A stretch of DNA of 64,000 nucleotides from Callorhinchus milii (taxonomy: Eukaryota), in assembly GCF_018977255.1 (NCBI RefSeq), contig NW_024704742.1, positions 135,534,001-135,598,000 of the forward strand. The letters run 5' to 3'. A program made the position numbers and the translations under genes. Positions within the stretch are counted from its first letter, which is position 1. Each line of letters begins with the position of its first letter. Under the pieces are notes generated by a model, which made no database searches, was not told the DNA's origin, and worked only from the letters and a program-made list of their open reading frames with translations. This document shows, in pieces, positions 51,137 to 64,000 of the stretch.

Positions 51137-51679
51137 CTAGCTGTACCCGTTACAGCTTTACTTGCAACCAAAGGATTATTATCATTATTATTATTATAAG
51201 GATCCAATGTGGAATGTAGATGGACACACAGACAGATATTTCATCTTTTTTCTATGCTATACTCACCTGTGAGGACTCCTTTTGGGAGGACTCAATGGGA
51301 GGACTCAGCACCTTAAAAATGTAGTGTTGCTATTGTTACCGTGGCTTAGCTTTGTCTGTGTTCTTTGTTAGCTACGTGCGTGCTCTGTGATGCAGGATGC
51401 CACAGCACCACGGTCAGGTGTAACTGCAGCGCGTGCATACATACGCAGGTGCTCTGCGACGCACAATGCCACAGCCCCACTTTGGATCGGCCACCACCAG
51501 ATTTGACTGCAGCGAAAACGGGAAACCAAAAATAACTCGTGAACGATACGAGATACCCGAAAACAAATATGCCCATGTCACTCCCAGTTGCAAGACCTTT
51601 CCGATGAAGTATAAATAGTGTCTTTACGTCAATCGGTTATTGAGAGCGCAGACAGACATTATCGTTTTATTGGTATAGA
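51137..51679 (-). mobile_element. Non-autonomous Helitron-like element
   Basis: Minus strand begins A|TCtataccaataaaa...tgtctgtctg and ends cgggtacagCTAG|T, with no TSD. Empty-site-like duplicate at 51910-52020. Confidence 0.6.
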
Positions 51680-52171
51680 TAGATAAGCTAAGCATAGATG
51701 TTAAAAAAAATTGCTTTAATAATAATAAGCCTTGCATTTGAGTTGGTGCCTCAGAGACGTCACAAAGCGCTTCACAGAATAAACTGTAAAGCGCGGGTGA
51801 CTGTGTATTTTGTGGGTGAAACGCGGCAGCCGATTGCGCACAGCGGCGTCCCACAAACAGCCATGAAGGGAGTGAGCAAATTAGGTTTCAAAGCAAGAGA
51901 CGGAGGGAGCAAAAGAGAGAGAATGATCTCTTCTTCGCGTCACACCCTCGAACCTTTCTTTTTATATGTTGTATAGATATAGATATAGAAACTAAATATA
52001 GACGTTAAAAAATTGCTTTGTAAACAACTGTTCAGACTCACATCTCCTGCAGATGTTGTCTCGCAGGTTTCAGCTGTACTGCTGGGGCTTCACGTGGCAG
52101 CTGGTTATCAATGTTCCGTCTTGCAGAACATGCGTATGAAACAATAACTGTACTGGCATCAGGATTGGGGG

Positions 52172-52208
<37 letters not shown>

Positions 52209-52929
52209 GGTGGGTTGGGCTTTTAATATGTGTTCTGTCTGGAGGAGAAAGCCAAATGGAGCTCCAGCAACTTTTTGTTTGATGCAGCGACTTATCAAAT
52301 CGTCGAGACGTCTCAAAGCGCCTCATAGAAATATATTGTAAAGTGATTTGACCATATGTTTTGTGGGCGAACAAACGGCAATGGATCGAGGGACCGATTT
52401 TATTTGGGGAATTGGTCGGCCAGGACACCCGAGAGAGAGAGAGAGAGAGAGAGACCCCCTTCTCTTTTCCAATTGCTCCGCAGGCTCTCTAACGTCCACC
52501 TGAACAGCCGATTCGTTTGGCGTGAAATCCCGTGGAGCGCTTTGAGATTAACAGTAACGATAACGTACTGTGTGAGGCGCTTTGAAACGTCTCCCGAGGA
52601 CAGGATAAGACGGTGTATCGGATTGCGGTGATTGTTGTAGCATTGTAACAGGTGAAATCACAAAGGGCTGCACCGTTGTGGGAAGCTCTGAAACCTCAGC
52701 CCGGTATTTGGTTTCCTGCGGATCAAGACGGGAATTTAGAATTTTCCGAAGTTCCAGTAACCCCTAAAATTTTTACGACTCAACGGACGTGAGACTGAGA
52801 CTCTCACTGTGCAGAGAGAGAACTCCCCAATAACCACTCCTGCTTTCCATTTAGAGCAAAGAGGACCCTATGTTAGATTGTGTACCCTCACACTCGCCCC
52901 CCGCCCCACCCCTCACACGACAGGAATGG

Positions 52930-53540
52930 CACCATACACTCTGTACGTCCACTATGTACCCTCCACACACTCCCTCTACACACATACAATGCACACACCT
53001 CATGCACACCCAATACACATACCCAATACACACACACAATACACACACCTCATACACCCAATGTGCACACCCTCTGCCTATACCCTTTGCACGCTCCCTC
53101 CACACATATCCTCCATACACACTTCTCTTCACACTTTCTCTATACACACCCTCTACACACACCCTCTAAACACACCCTCTACGCACCCAATGTACACACC
53201 TCATACACACACTATATTCACACTATATTCGAACACCACATACACATCCTCTACATATACCCTACACACACCATGTACACACACTTCATACACACCCTCT
53301 ACACACATCCTCTACATGCACACTATACACCATATGTGTACACACCCACCCATACACACAATACAACAACTGCATTTATATAGTGCCCTTCACACGTGTT
53401 GTGTCTCATAGTGCTTAGAAACACCTCATATACGCACACCTTATTCACACAGTACAGCATACATGCACACATACTCATACCTACACCATACACACCCGCA
53501 CATCATACACACCCCGTCCGCACACCACGTACGCACCATT
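52930..53540 (+). repeat. Degenerate (CA/TACA)n low-complexity tract
   Basis: Dense acac/tacac repeats. Similar tracts at 43730-43980 and 4370-4720. Confidence 0.88.
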
Positions 53541-56500
53541 ATAGGGAGTGTCAGCCTGCAGATGAGCAATTGTTAAGCCAGGGTCTTGTTTAGTCCTGTT
53601 CAGTTGNTTTTTTTAAAGATCCCGTTACAGTATTGGAAGCGTGAAGCGAATTTCTCCCTGTGTCCTGGCTAACAATTGTTCCAGATGTTGAAAAAAATCT
53701 TGGTCATTCATTTCACAGCTGCTTGTGGGACACCGCTGTGTGCAAAATTGGCTGCAAGTCATTAGTTTGCAAGCACACAGTCACTACACTTCACGGTAAC
53801 TCGATGAAGCACTTTGTTTGGTGAGTCAGTGACTGTGAAGAGCGTTGATTTAAGTTACTTAGCAAACGAGCAAATGGGAAAGTTAGGAGAATATTTTTTC
53901 ACGCAGTGATTAGTCTATGGAATGCTCTGCCGAGAGCGAACGCATGGAACGGAATCTATAATGGCTCTCAAAAGGCAACGATAGATATCTGAAAAGGAGT
54001 TAACTTGATACATATCTAAATACGGAACTAGATAGGTATCTAAACACGGAACTAGATAGATATCTAAAAAGCGGTAATGTTGTGGGGTCCTGTAACTCAG
54101 TGGTGTTGGAACACTCACCTCACGAGCGACAGACCCGAGTTTGATTCCTGGCAGGACAAAACTGGGCAAGTTTCCTTACTCCACACGCCTCTGTTTCCCT
54201 GGCAGTAAGCAGGAGCCCGGTTGTTAGTCGATTGGCAGATCGTTTCTCCGGGTTTAAGCGCCTTGGGACGTCCTCCTGACCTGAGAGGCGCTGTACAAAT
54301 CCAATCTGTTGTTGTTGTCAATAATCCCTTCCAACAAAAAAATAAATAAAATGATAATAATTTGTTCGCTCAACCCACGGCTGTTTGTGGGACGCTGCTG
54401 TGCGCAATAGGCTCCCGCGTTTCGCCCACAAATACACAGTCAATTCACTCTACAGTATATTCTGTGAAGCGCTTTGAGACGTCTCGGAGACGTGATAAAG
54501 CGCTGTATCAAATACAAGGATTATTATTGTTACAACAACAACAAATTGCACTTATATATCGCCCTCTGCCCCGCTTACAGTTCGCTGCGGGCTGTCGCTG
54601 TGCTGGTACATTTGCTCAGAAGATTCCTACGTCTATTACTGCAAAGTAGTGCAATGTTTTAATGTGGAGGCCTGTGGCTCAGTGGTTAGAGCACTCGCCT
54701 CGCAAGCGAGAGACCTGGGTTGGATTCCTGGCAGGGCTAAACCTTGGGCAAGTTTCCTTACTCCGCACGCCTGATAACAATCCCTCAAGAAAAGAAAACA
54801 ATAATAATTTGGTCACTTCAATCCCCGATTGTTTGCGGGACGCTGCTGTGCGCAATTGGCTGCTGCGTTTCGCCCACAAAATATACAGTCAATCCACTTT
54901 ACCTTCTGTCCTGTGAAGTGCTTTGAGACGTTTCGAAGACGTGATAAGCCGCTATGTTAAATGCAAGGATTATTATTATTATTATTATAAACCCCACATC
55001 TGTTTCCGATTCGGTCTGATTTCAGTGTTGAGAGTGGTTTTTGCCCGTGGTGTAATTCTAGAATCGCGAACATCTGCATCGCATCTCACTCTCTGAACCT
55101 CTTTCAAGCGCAGAGTTTGTCTCAACTAAAGGAGAGGGGAGAGGGAGCGTGGACACCACTTCCTGATTTAATTTAACGCTATCTTCCGGGATTAACCCTT
55201 TAACTTCTCTAAAAATCCCGCCACGTGAACCCCAACTGCACCTTAACAACCCTTGCGTTCGAGACGGCACCTAATCACGTCGTTGAGACGTCTCAAAAGC
55301 TTCACAGGATACACCGTAAAGTAAATTGGAACGCGCAGTCAATTCATTACACGTACAGTACGTCTTGTTAAGCGCTTTGAGACGTCTCTAAGACCTAATA
55401 AGGCAACAACAACAACAACAACAAGATTCCATTTATTGAGCGCCTTTCACGTCGGGAGGACGTCCCAAGGCACTGTATCAAATGGAAGGATTATTATTAT
55501 TATCCAACACCAACCATAGTAAAGTCTAGAGGCTAGATTTTAAGCCTCCTCCCTCGCCTCCTTCAAGGTCCGTCTCAAGATCTGCCTCTTTGTCCATGCT
55601 TTCGGCCACCCTCCCGACCCCACCCTCCCTACCCTCCACCCCTCTTGATTCCAACCCCCAGCTCGGCTGCATTGGGGTGTCCCTCCGATGCGAAAGGTGC
55701 TGTATGCATGCAATTTTGTTGTTGTTGTTGTTTACTGTGTACTCTGTAGGCGAACGTAGCAGCCAATTTGTGTGCAGCAATGCCTCCAACCCTCGCACAC
55801 ATAGCCGTAAGAGGAATCTTTTAATCGGGACGATGGGGTGGGGGGAACAGGAGGGATTCTGCTGCGGGATCTTCGAGGAACAGACAAGACATTGACTTTA
55901 AAGTTTCATCCGAAAGGTAGCGCGGGGTGGGTGAGGGAGCCATGAGTACACAAGTAGTTTTCCTCTGTTTCCAACCCCCCCCCACCCGCTCTCTTCCTCC
56001 CCCCTCTCTCTGCACCTCTCACTTTTTTCCTCCCTCTTTCTCTCTCTCTCTCTCTCTTTGCCTCTTTCTTTTTCCCACTCCCTCTCCCCCTCTCACGCTC
56101 TTTCTTTCTCTTTCCCCTTTCCCCCTCCATCTACTTCTCCTTTTTGCCTTTCTTTCTCTCCCCCTTCCCTCTCTGTTTCCCCTCTCCCTGTTCTTTTCTC
56201 TTTCTTTTTTTCTGAGTTCCCCCCTTCTCTCTGTGCTCTCTCTCTCTCTCTCTCTCACGCACAGATGAAGTATTATTTACCTCCCGGGGGTGGGTGGGTG
56301 GGGGGGGGGTGTGTGTGGGGGAAAGAGAGAAGAGGAGGTGGAGTTGCTCTGGGGGCGAGCACTGATTTTCCACGGCCAAGATGGGAAACAGCTGGGTTTT
56401 GTTGTTTAAAGGATCTTTGGGTGACAGTCTGGCTCGGAGCATCGAGAGCTGAGGTCATAGTTCCAGCAGGTGCCTGAGAACAAGTGAAAAAGGCTTTCAC

Positions 56501-58214
56501 CAAGACTGACTTAATCCACAGATGGTGCTGTGGGGTGGAGAGGGGACACGGAGCAGGCTGGAGCCCGCTGAGTGGAGGGTACGGACAGGTAGAGGGAGAG
56601 GGAGACTTAATCCACATGTGTTTTAGGCAAAGGAGGGAGTGGGTGGGTGGGTGAGGGTGAGTGAGGGGGCTGGAGAAGAGAGGGGTTCAGGGAAGGGTGT
56701 GATGGGTGGGGAGAGAGGTCTGGGGGAGAGGGATTTTGACCGGGGTCGGTGTGGCACATCGTCTCGACAAAGTAAACCTGCCAAAAAAAAAAAAAAATTT
56801 TTTTAAAAAGTTTTTTGAAAGGAAAGTTTGAATACTTTCTTTCGAGAAAAAGAGCCCTCGACAAGTAATTACTGGCAAAGAGCACAATAGGTTATTAATT
56901 AGGCAAAGTTAGCTAGGCACATGGCAGCCATTTCGCACATGTAATATAAATTACAGCAGCTTCGGGCTGCGGAGGACGGCACCTCGGGCAATGCAAAGCC
57001 CATCTGTACCTGTTCAGGCGGACGTTAAACATCCCTGGGCACTTTTCAACAAGCAGAAGGGAGTTTCTCTCTCTCTCTCTCTCTCTCTGCGTCCTGGCCA
57101 GCAATCCCCCAGATAAAATTGGTCACTCACTCCAGCGGCTGCTTGTTGGACATTGTTGAGCGCAAATCGGGTTTGCTCCAAAACGCACAGTCACTACACT
57201 TCGCAGCATTAACCAACTTGTGAATACTCTGGTGGGGGGTTGGGGCGGGGGTGGGGATTGGGGGGGTGGGGAGAAATTCCACCGAGGTCTGGATTTACTC
57301 TATTTTCTAAGCATTTCAGAACATGGCAAGTTGTTGAATTCAGTCTTCGCTTTGAAGACNTTTTTTTTCTGTATAGTTTCTTCAAAGAAAAACTTCAAAA
57401 CCCAGATCGTATTGAAGGAATTTGGCTCATTCTCAACACCCCCAAATAATCATTATCTGATGTTTGATCCAGCACTTTTCCTGCGGGGAGACCATCTCAA
57501 AGCGCTTCACGGGGTTTACTGTAAAGGGAGAGAGAGGACGTGAGATGCAACAACAATATACAACATTTGCACAGGCACCTTTCACGGTGGAAAGAAGTCC
57601 CAAAGCGCTGGGATTTGGACCCGAGTTAGGGGTTGGTGGAGGGCAGGGAGGTAGGGATGGGAGGGTGACCCAAGGCGCGGTCAAAGAGGAGGTTCTTGAG
57701 ATAGTCCTTGAAGGGAGGCGAGGGAGGGGGCGAAGTGAAGGGACTGTGGCAAGGAGTTCTGAAGGGTGGTGGCGGAGTGGCTGAAGGGGGATATGGAGGA
57801 GGCTGGAGCCCGCTGAGTGGAGAGCGCGGACAGGTAAAGGGCCAGAGTTTAGAGGTTAGGAGGTAGGTGAGATGATGGCTCAGTCACCAATGGTAGTGGT
57901 GGTGAGGAGGGATGGAGGGAGGGGAAAAGGAGGAGTGATGGGAGGGAAGTTAATTTAAGGCACACACGTGGTTGTCAGAATGAGTCGGCCACACGATTTC
58001 TTCTCATCCCTGGGGCCTGCCCTCAGATTCAACACAGACTTAATGGAAATGAAAATCCACGAGAAATATTATTATTATTATTATCATAAAATTCCTCCCC
58101 TATAACATACGTAAAATAAACTCTCACTTGATATGAATTAAAATCTGTGTGTCTGTTGTGTGTGTGTACTGTGTTGTGTGTGTTTGTGGTGTGTGTGCGT
58201 GTGTTTTGTCTTCA

Positions 58215-58710
58215 TCTTTAATTGTTGATTGCCCAACAGCAGCAACATCTTTACCAGCGATGTTTGAATAACCAATTAGCCAATGTTCATCAAATTTTAC
58301 TCTTAATAAGGCATTAAATGTGCTGTTTTTATTAGCAATTAGAAACAATCTCATCACCAGAGGCGAATTTTACATTCAAACTCGGAGCGTATTAATGTGA
58401 AAAAATGGAAATCATAGCTGTTAGCAAAACAGCAATTGATGGCAGAGTTTATCATTTTTCAGTATGTTACAACATTATGTACTCTTAATTGCTCAGGAAT
58501 TAATATAGCGGCTCAGGAAAAGGGGGAAAAAAGGCTCTTTCATATCTTATTAACCCGCTTTGTCTGGTAATAGTCCAGAGACAAAGTTGGATATCACAGA
58601 ATGTGACGGCAATAATAGGAATAATGCTTGATTTACATTATTTTCCGACAATGCCTGGAACCGCCAAACACTTCATGGAAAATTATTACTATTGATAATA
58701 ATTACCCTCG
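58215..58710. promoter_or_regulatory. Candidate conserved non-coding element (enhancer)
   Basis: About 500 bp of repeat-free AT-rich unique sequence, rich in TAAT/ATTA and ACAAT-like motifs, within an otherwise SINE-saturated intron. Conservation not testable here. Confidence 0.45.
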
Positions 58711-61700
58711 CACTTGATATACAGAAGAGCCTTGGGATGTCCTTCCAATTTGAAAGGCGCTATACAAAGGTAATTTTGTACTGTATTGTAGTAATGCCTT
58801 CACATCAGGAAGATATTTCACAGGACTTACTGCAGTGACTACGTACTTTGCAGGAGATCATGACGCCCAATTTGCGCACAGCAGCGTCCCACAAAGACTG
58901 TGGAGTGAGTGACCTATTTTATTTGGGGGATTGTTGGCCAGGACACCGGGAGAGAGAAATTTATCGTTCCCCCTGAACAGGCACACAAAGGGATTCAGTT
59001 TAATGTCTCATCTGAAGGAAGGCACCTCAACTAATGCAGGACTCCCCCCAGCACTGCACTGGAGAGTCAGCCTAGACTGAGTGAGTTCAAAGTCCCGACA
59101 TGGGGCTTGAACTCATAACCTTGTGACTGGTGAGAGTGCTATCAAGTCAGGCTGACACCACAATGCCAGCTTCTGGTTTTTATACTAATAAAAACCCTTG
59201 CATTTGATGTAGAGCCTTATCACATCATTGAGACGTCTCACAGAATATACTGTAAAATGAATTGACTGTATATTTTGTGGGCGAAACGCGGCAGCAAATT
59301 ACTCACAGCAACGTCCCACAAACAGTCGTGGATTGAGTGACCACGTTTTATTTAAGGGATTATTTCCTCTGGAAAGCGATCCGCCAATCAACTAACAACC
59401 TACTTACTGCTTGGCAAACTGGGGCGTGTGGAGCAAGGAAACTTGCCCAATGTTTCGCCCTGCCAGGATTCGAACCCAGGTCCTCTCACTTGCGAGGCCA
59501 GTTCTCTAACGACTACATGGCTTGACTCCGTAGACTCTGTTCCCCTTCCCCTGATGTCATTGCTGCTTGAGGCATGTCTCTGGCGGTGCAAGTGGGTTTA
59601 GTGAGTGTGTGAGAGCCGAGCTCAGAGCGTAGATAATACAAAAAATGCCCGGTCGAAAGCTGAAGCATGCTTGGTATTCGGATACAAGTGAGGAAGAAAT
59701 CCGTGTGGAATGTGCAAGGAACAAGCTGTTCGATAAAGTGTAAGCGGATCCTTGCACCCAATCCCCACCGCCAACCCCCCACACCCCCCCCCCCACCCTC
59801 CCCCACACCGGCTGGTGGGACATTGTCCTGTATTTCATAGCCTCTTGTTTTACAATACAGTAAACGTTTACACACACGGCCTTTTCACATCAGGAGGACA
59901 TGTTTCGCCCACAAAATATACAGCCACTGCACTTTGCAGTATATTCTGTGAAGCGCTTTCAAAAGTCTCGAAGACATGATAAGGCTCTATATCAAATGCA
60001 AGGATTATTGTTATAATTACTATTACCACACAGAAAAAACATCGTGCAATATATTCTGAAGCGCTTTGAGACGCTTTTGATGAGGCACTACACCAATGCA
60101 AGGATTATTATTATTATGTCAAAGTGCTTGACACTGGTAGCTGGGCTGGGGGTGGTGGGGGAACTGAGCAGGTGTGGCGAGGGGAGCAGTTACCGATCAA
60201 AGGGTTCTCTTTCTCTCATCGTTGTCCTTCAGTTTTGGACACATGATTCACCCTTCAAGCCAAAGCCCTAATGGTTTGGGTGGTCCTACCTGAACAAGCA
60301 GCGGGAAAGCTGGCCAGACAATGCCCTCATTGGCAAGTTATGCGATGACGATAATAATAATAATAATAATCTTTGCATCCGATATAGCTCCTCATCACGT
60401 CGCTGAGACGTCTCAAAGCACTTCACGGGATTCACTGTAAAGTGGAGTGGCTGCATATTTTGTGGGCGAACCGCGGCTCGCAATTGCGCACAGCGCGAAC
60501 AAGCGTTGAGCGAGTGATCAATATTAGTTGCGGGGTTGTTGGCCAGGAACACAAGAGAAATTCAGGTGTGTGGTGGGGGGGGGGGGTTGGGGAGGGGGGA
60601 GCAGACCAGAGATGATATGATCTCAGCAGGCACAAACCAGCCAACGCCCTCCCAATTCTATCGAGGGATTTCAATACAAGACGTGGCCTTACCACGGTGC
60701 TCCGGATAACAGCTCCCCCGAGGGAGGTTGAAGTTAAACTCATAAACAAATGTGAAGGTTGCAATTCCCAGCTCGCAATGGAGGCTTGTTAAAAAAATAT
60801 ATCAGGGTGCGTGGTATTCAGGGAATGGATAGAAAGTCGCTTAAAGCAAAGGAAACAGCACAAGTGGGCGTAGAGGGTTGTTATTTGGAATGGAGAGATG
60901 TAAACAGTAGTGAATCCCTCCCCCCCCCCCCCCAGGAGTGCGTTCTGCCCGTAAAATACAGTCACTTCAGGTTGCAATGTATCCTGTGAAGCGCTTTGAG
61001 ACGTCTCGAAGACATGATACGGCTCTATATCAAACTCAAGGATTATTATTATTATTATTAATAAAAGCGCCACTGCTTTTCTCCATTTCGAACAAGAACT
61101 TGGATTTATCTACCCCATCTTCACGTGGGGTGGTGTCTCAGAGAGCTCTGTATAAGTGATCTAGAGGGGGGGGTGGAAGGTGACCAAAAGGTGGTAAGTC
61201 GTGAATCGTGGAGGGGTAAGTGGGGGGGGGGAGTGAGGCAGAGGGTCTCGGAGGTAGGGTTGAGGGGGTGGTGGGGAGAACGAGATCACGGAGGGATCTG
61301 GATGTGAGAACGAGCGTGTCCTTCGGGTGGAGAGCTCTGAGACACTGCCCCACGTAACGGGGGCTGTTGTTGTGTAGTGCCTGTGTAATTAGTAACCGCT
61401 TTGCAACAGCCAATTTTCTATGGGGGGGGGGGGCGCTGATTGTTGGACAGAGCACCCGGAGAGAAACCCCAAACACGCTCCGCCCTCCACCCCCGCCCCC
61501 TCTTCTCACCCATGTTCTTTTCTGCAAGAGTGCCACAGGGATCTTCCTGACGTCCGACTTGAAATGGCGCAGACGGGAACGTGGTTGAACATCTTGTTTG
61601 AAGTATGGTGGAGCTCGCTCTTCCCCTCATTCCTGCCCCCCCCCCCCCCCCCCCCACCAGACACACACACACACACACTGTGGTGAAGCGTCAACCAGGG

Positions 61701-64000
61701 GCTGGTAGCTCAGAGCCCCGCACACAACCCACCCCACCCCAATGACAACCAGCTCGGGATTCGGAAGCTAGCGATTCATCTGAAGGATGCAGTTAAACAA
61801 GGGAAGGGGTCGGGTGGGGGAAAGGGCGGGAGGGGCTCTTCCCATCTCCCCCCTCCCCATCTCTGCACCCCGACAAAATACACGGTCAAGTCACTTTACA
61901 GTGAAGCTCTTTGAGTCGCATCGAAGACGTGATAAGGTGCTGCATCAAATGCAAGGATAATTATTATTATCGTTATGATTATTACTACCCCAGCCCCCAC
62001 CCCCGCCACCACCTACCCTCCCCCTCCACTTTTTAATCACCTAAGACCGTGGGAAACTCAGCCTGCATTAAAAAACACAATCAGATAATAATATTATGTG
62101 TCCCCCCCCCCCCCCCCCAACACAAACACACCCACATCTCTCCCCCCTCATTCCTCCTGCCGCAAAATGACAACGGGATGCCAGTTTTTGAATCCCTTCA
62201 GGATTTTATTTGTGACGGCGTTTGGCGGGGGGTGGGTGGTGGTGGTGGTGGGGGGGGTGGGGGAGGGAGAGTGGGGTGAGGGGGTGAGGGAGGGAGGTGG
62301 GGGAGCGGAATGCACGGCTTACAATTAAGCATATGGGCATTAGGGTAATTGTCAGCTCTGTTTGTGGACGTTGATAGGAAGAAGACAGATGGAAACGAGT
62401 CAGTGGTCTCCGCGGAGTCTCCCTGGGACACGGTTGATGTTTTACCTGGATGAGCTGTTCTGCTCAACTGAGAGGGATGGCACTGAGCGCTCTGTGCACG
62501 TGCGCGCGCGCGCGCGTAAGTGCGCGCACGTGCGACATGCGTGCATTGTGTACGCGCGGGTTTGGGTGTGTGTGTGTGCGTTGGTGCCCGAATGGGCAAG
62601 TGCTGAAGTCTTATTGCGCCCTCTGGAGACGAACCCTGGCATTGCTGCACCACCACCACCACCGTCATCATAACAACCGGATCATAGAATCGTCCGTGCG
62701 TTTGATATTTACGCCTTATAAAGTCGTCGAGACGCCTCCGAGCGCTCCACGGCTGTACCGTGAAGCGAAGTGACTGTGTACTTTGCGGGCGAAACGCGGC
62801 AGCTAGTTTGCACGCAGCAGTGTTCCACAAACAGCGATGGAGGGAGTGACCAAACTGTATCTGGGGGATTGTCGGTCAGGACACCGGGAAACCTGTTCGA
62901 GTGTAATACACATTACAAAAAGGTGGGCGGGTTATTTGAGTGTGTTAATGAGTGTATTAATACACTGAGCAGTTTGTGGATAACACAATACATTTACACA
63001 TACACAGCATCTTTCACACCAGGAGGACGTCTCAAAGTGAAACACTAGACACCGGCTGGGCATGTGAGCCGGGGGTGGGGGAGAGGGGGAAGGATGACCA
63101 AAAGTGTGGTCAAAGGGCTAACTTTTAGGGGACCTTGGAACGAGGGAAGGGAGCAAGCGAGCGAGCGAGTTGGATGGAGTTCCAAAGCGGGGGGTGGGTG
63201 CGGAGGCAGAACAGAGAAGGTTCTTTGATGTCCACCTGAACAGATGCAGGGCACTGGACCATCAGGGATTTGCGCCCGAGCTGCTGGTTGGAATCAGGAG
63301 GGGGCGGAGGGTGGGTTGGGGAGGGGTAAGAGGGTGGCCAAGGTCCGGTCGAAGAGGAAGGTCTTGACGGAGCCAAGGGAGGGAGCGAGGCCAAGGTTAT
63401 AGAGTTGCAGAGGGTGAGGAGCTGAGCGGTGGGGACTCGAGATCCAAACGAGATTTCGGGATTATTTTTGTTGGAGGATGCGGGCAGGGTGGGTGGGTGG
63501 GTGGGTGGGGGATGGGAGGTGGGGGGGACGAAGCACGAATGCGATGGGAATCGGAGCGGAACTAACGGAAGACTGACATAATTATAAGCTGAGCCAAGGT
63601 TCCCCGGATAAATGGCACTGGTCTGACAGCCACAAGCACCAGGGTGGGAGCTCAGCACAGTTGGATACTCAATGGGTAACATTTTAAATAAAGCAACCGT
63701 TAATGTCAGCTTCTCGAGAATATATTAGTCTAATTTAAAGGAGCTTGGCTCTCCGGGCTCTCAAAAAGAGGGTTGAGGGGGAATTAAACACAAACCGGTG
63801 TGAATTTGATTTGTTTTTAGCGGGGCAAGAGAGGAGCTGTTACATATTTCTATTGATAATAAGCCTTGCATTCGACACGGCACCTTATCACGCCTTTGAG
63901 ACGGCTCGAAGCGCCTCACAGAATATACCGTAAAGTGAATTGACTGTGTATTTTGTGGGCGAAACGCGGCAGCCGGTTGCGCGCGGCGGCGTCCCACAAA

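Noticed and set aside
54010..54075. 24-bp tandem repeat tatctaaayacggaactagatagr
   Set aside because: Slippage duplication inside a decayed CR1 3' fragment.
49785..64000. TCF4 exon 17 and the bHLH exons
   Set aside because: No VGTHREDG-like or ERRMANNARER coding sequence found by eye; presumably downstream of the window.

Overview
Eukaryotic (vertebrate) genomic DNA, most likely from a cartilaginous fish, judging by SacSINE1/Deu-type SINEs and shark-type CR1 and Penelope fragments (inference). The window holds the middle of the class I bHLH E-protein gene TCF4 (E2-2) on the + strand. Nine GT-AG coding exons (7144-7279, 11006-11055, 39306-39411, 42401-42534, 44507-44639, 47541-47608, 48430-48508, 48893-48969, 49581-49784; 987 nt, 329 codons) splice in one open frame from [14 protein letters not shown] through KKVRKVPPGLPSS (NLS) to [11 protein letters not shown]...ANRHSLM. 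The N-terminal and bHLH exons lie outside the window. Exon numbers used here (8-16) follow my recollection of the human alternative-5'-exon nomenclature. The introns are packed with two SINE families, L2 and CR1 LINE fragments, microsatellites, CpG-rich candidate internal promoters and candidate conserved non-coding elements. Less routine observations: an antisense Penelope-type minimal hammerhead ribozyme motif, a Helitron-like insertion with a nearby empty-site duplicate, an unclassified inverted-repeat element, SINE/LINE tail stem-loops with swapped loops, and no recognisable TCF4-A 'Alt' first exon. Most ORFs in the six-frame track are low-complexity or repeat artefacts. I found no evidence of a wholly novel multi-gene system.
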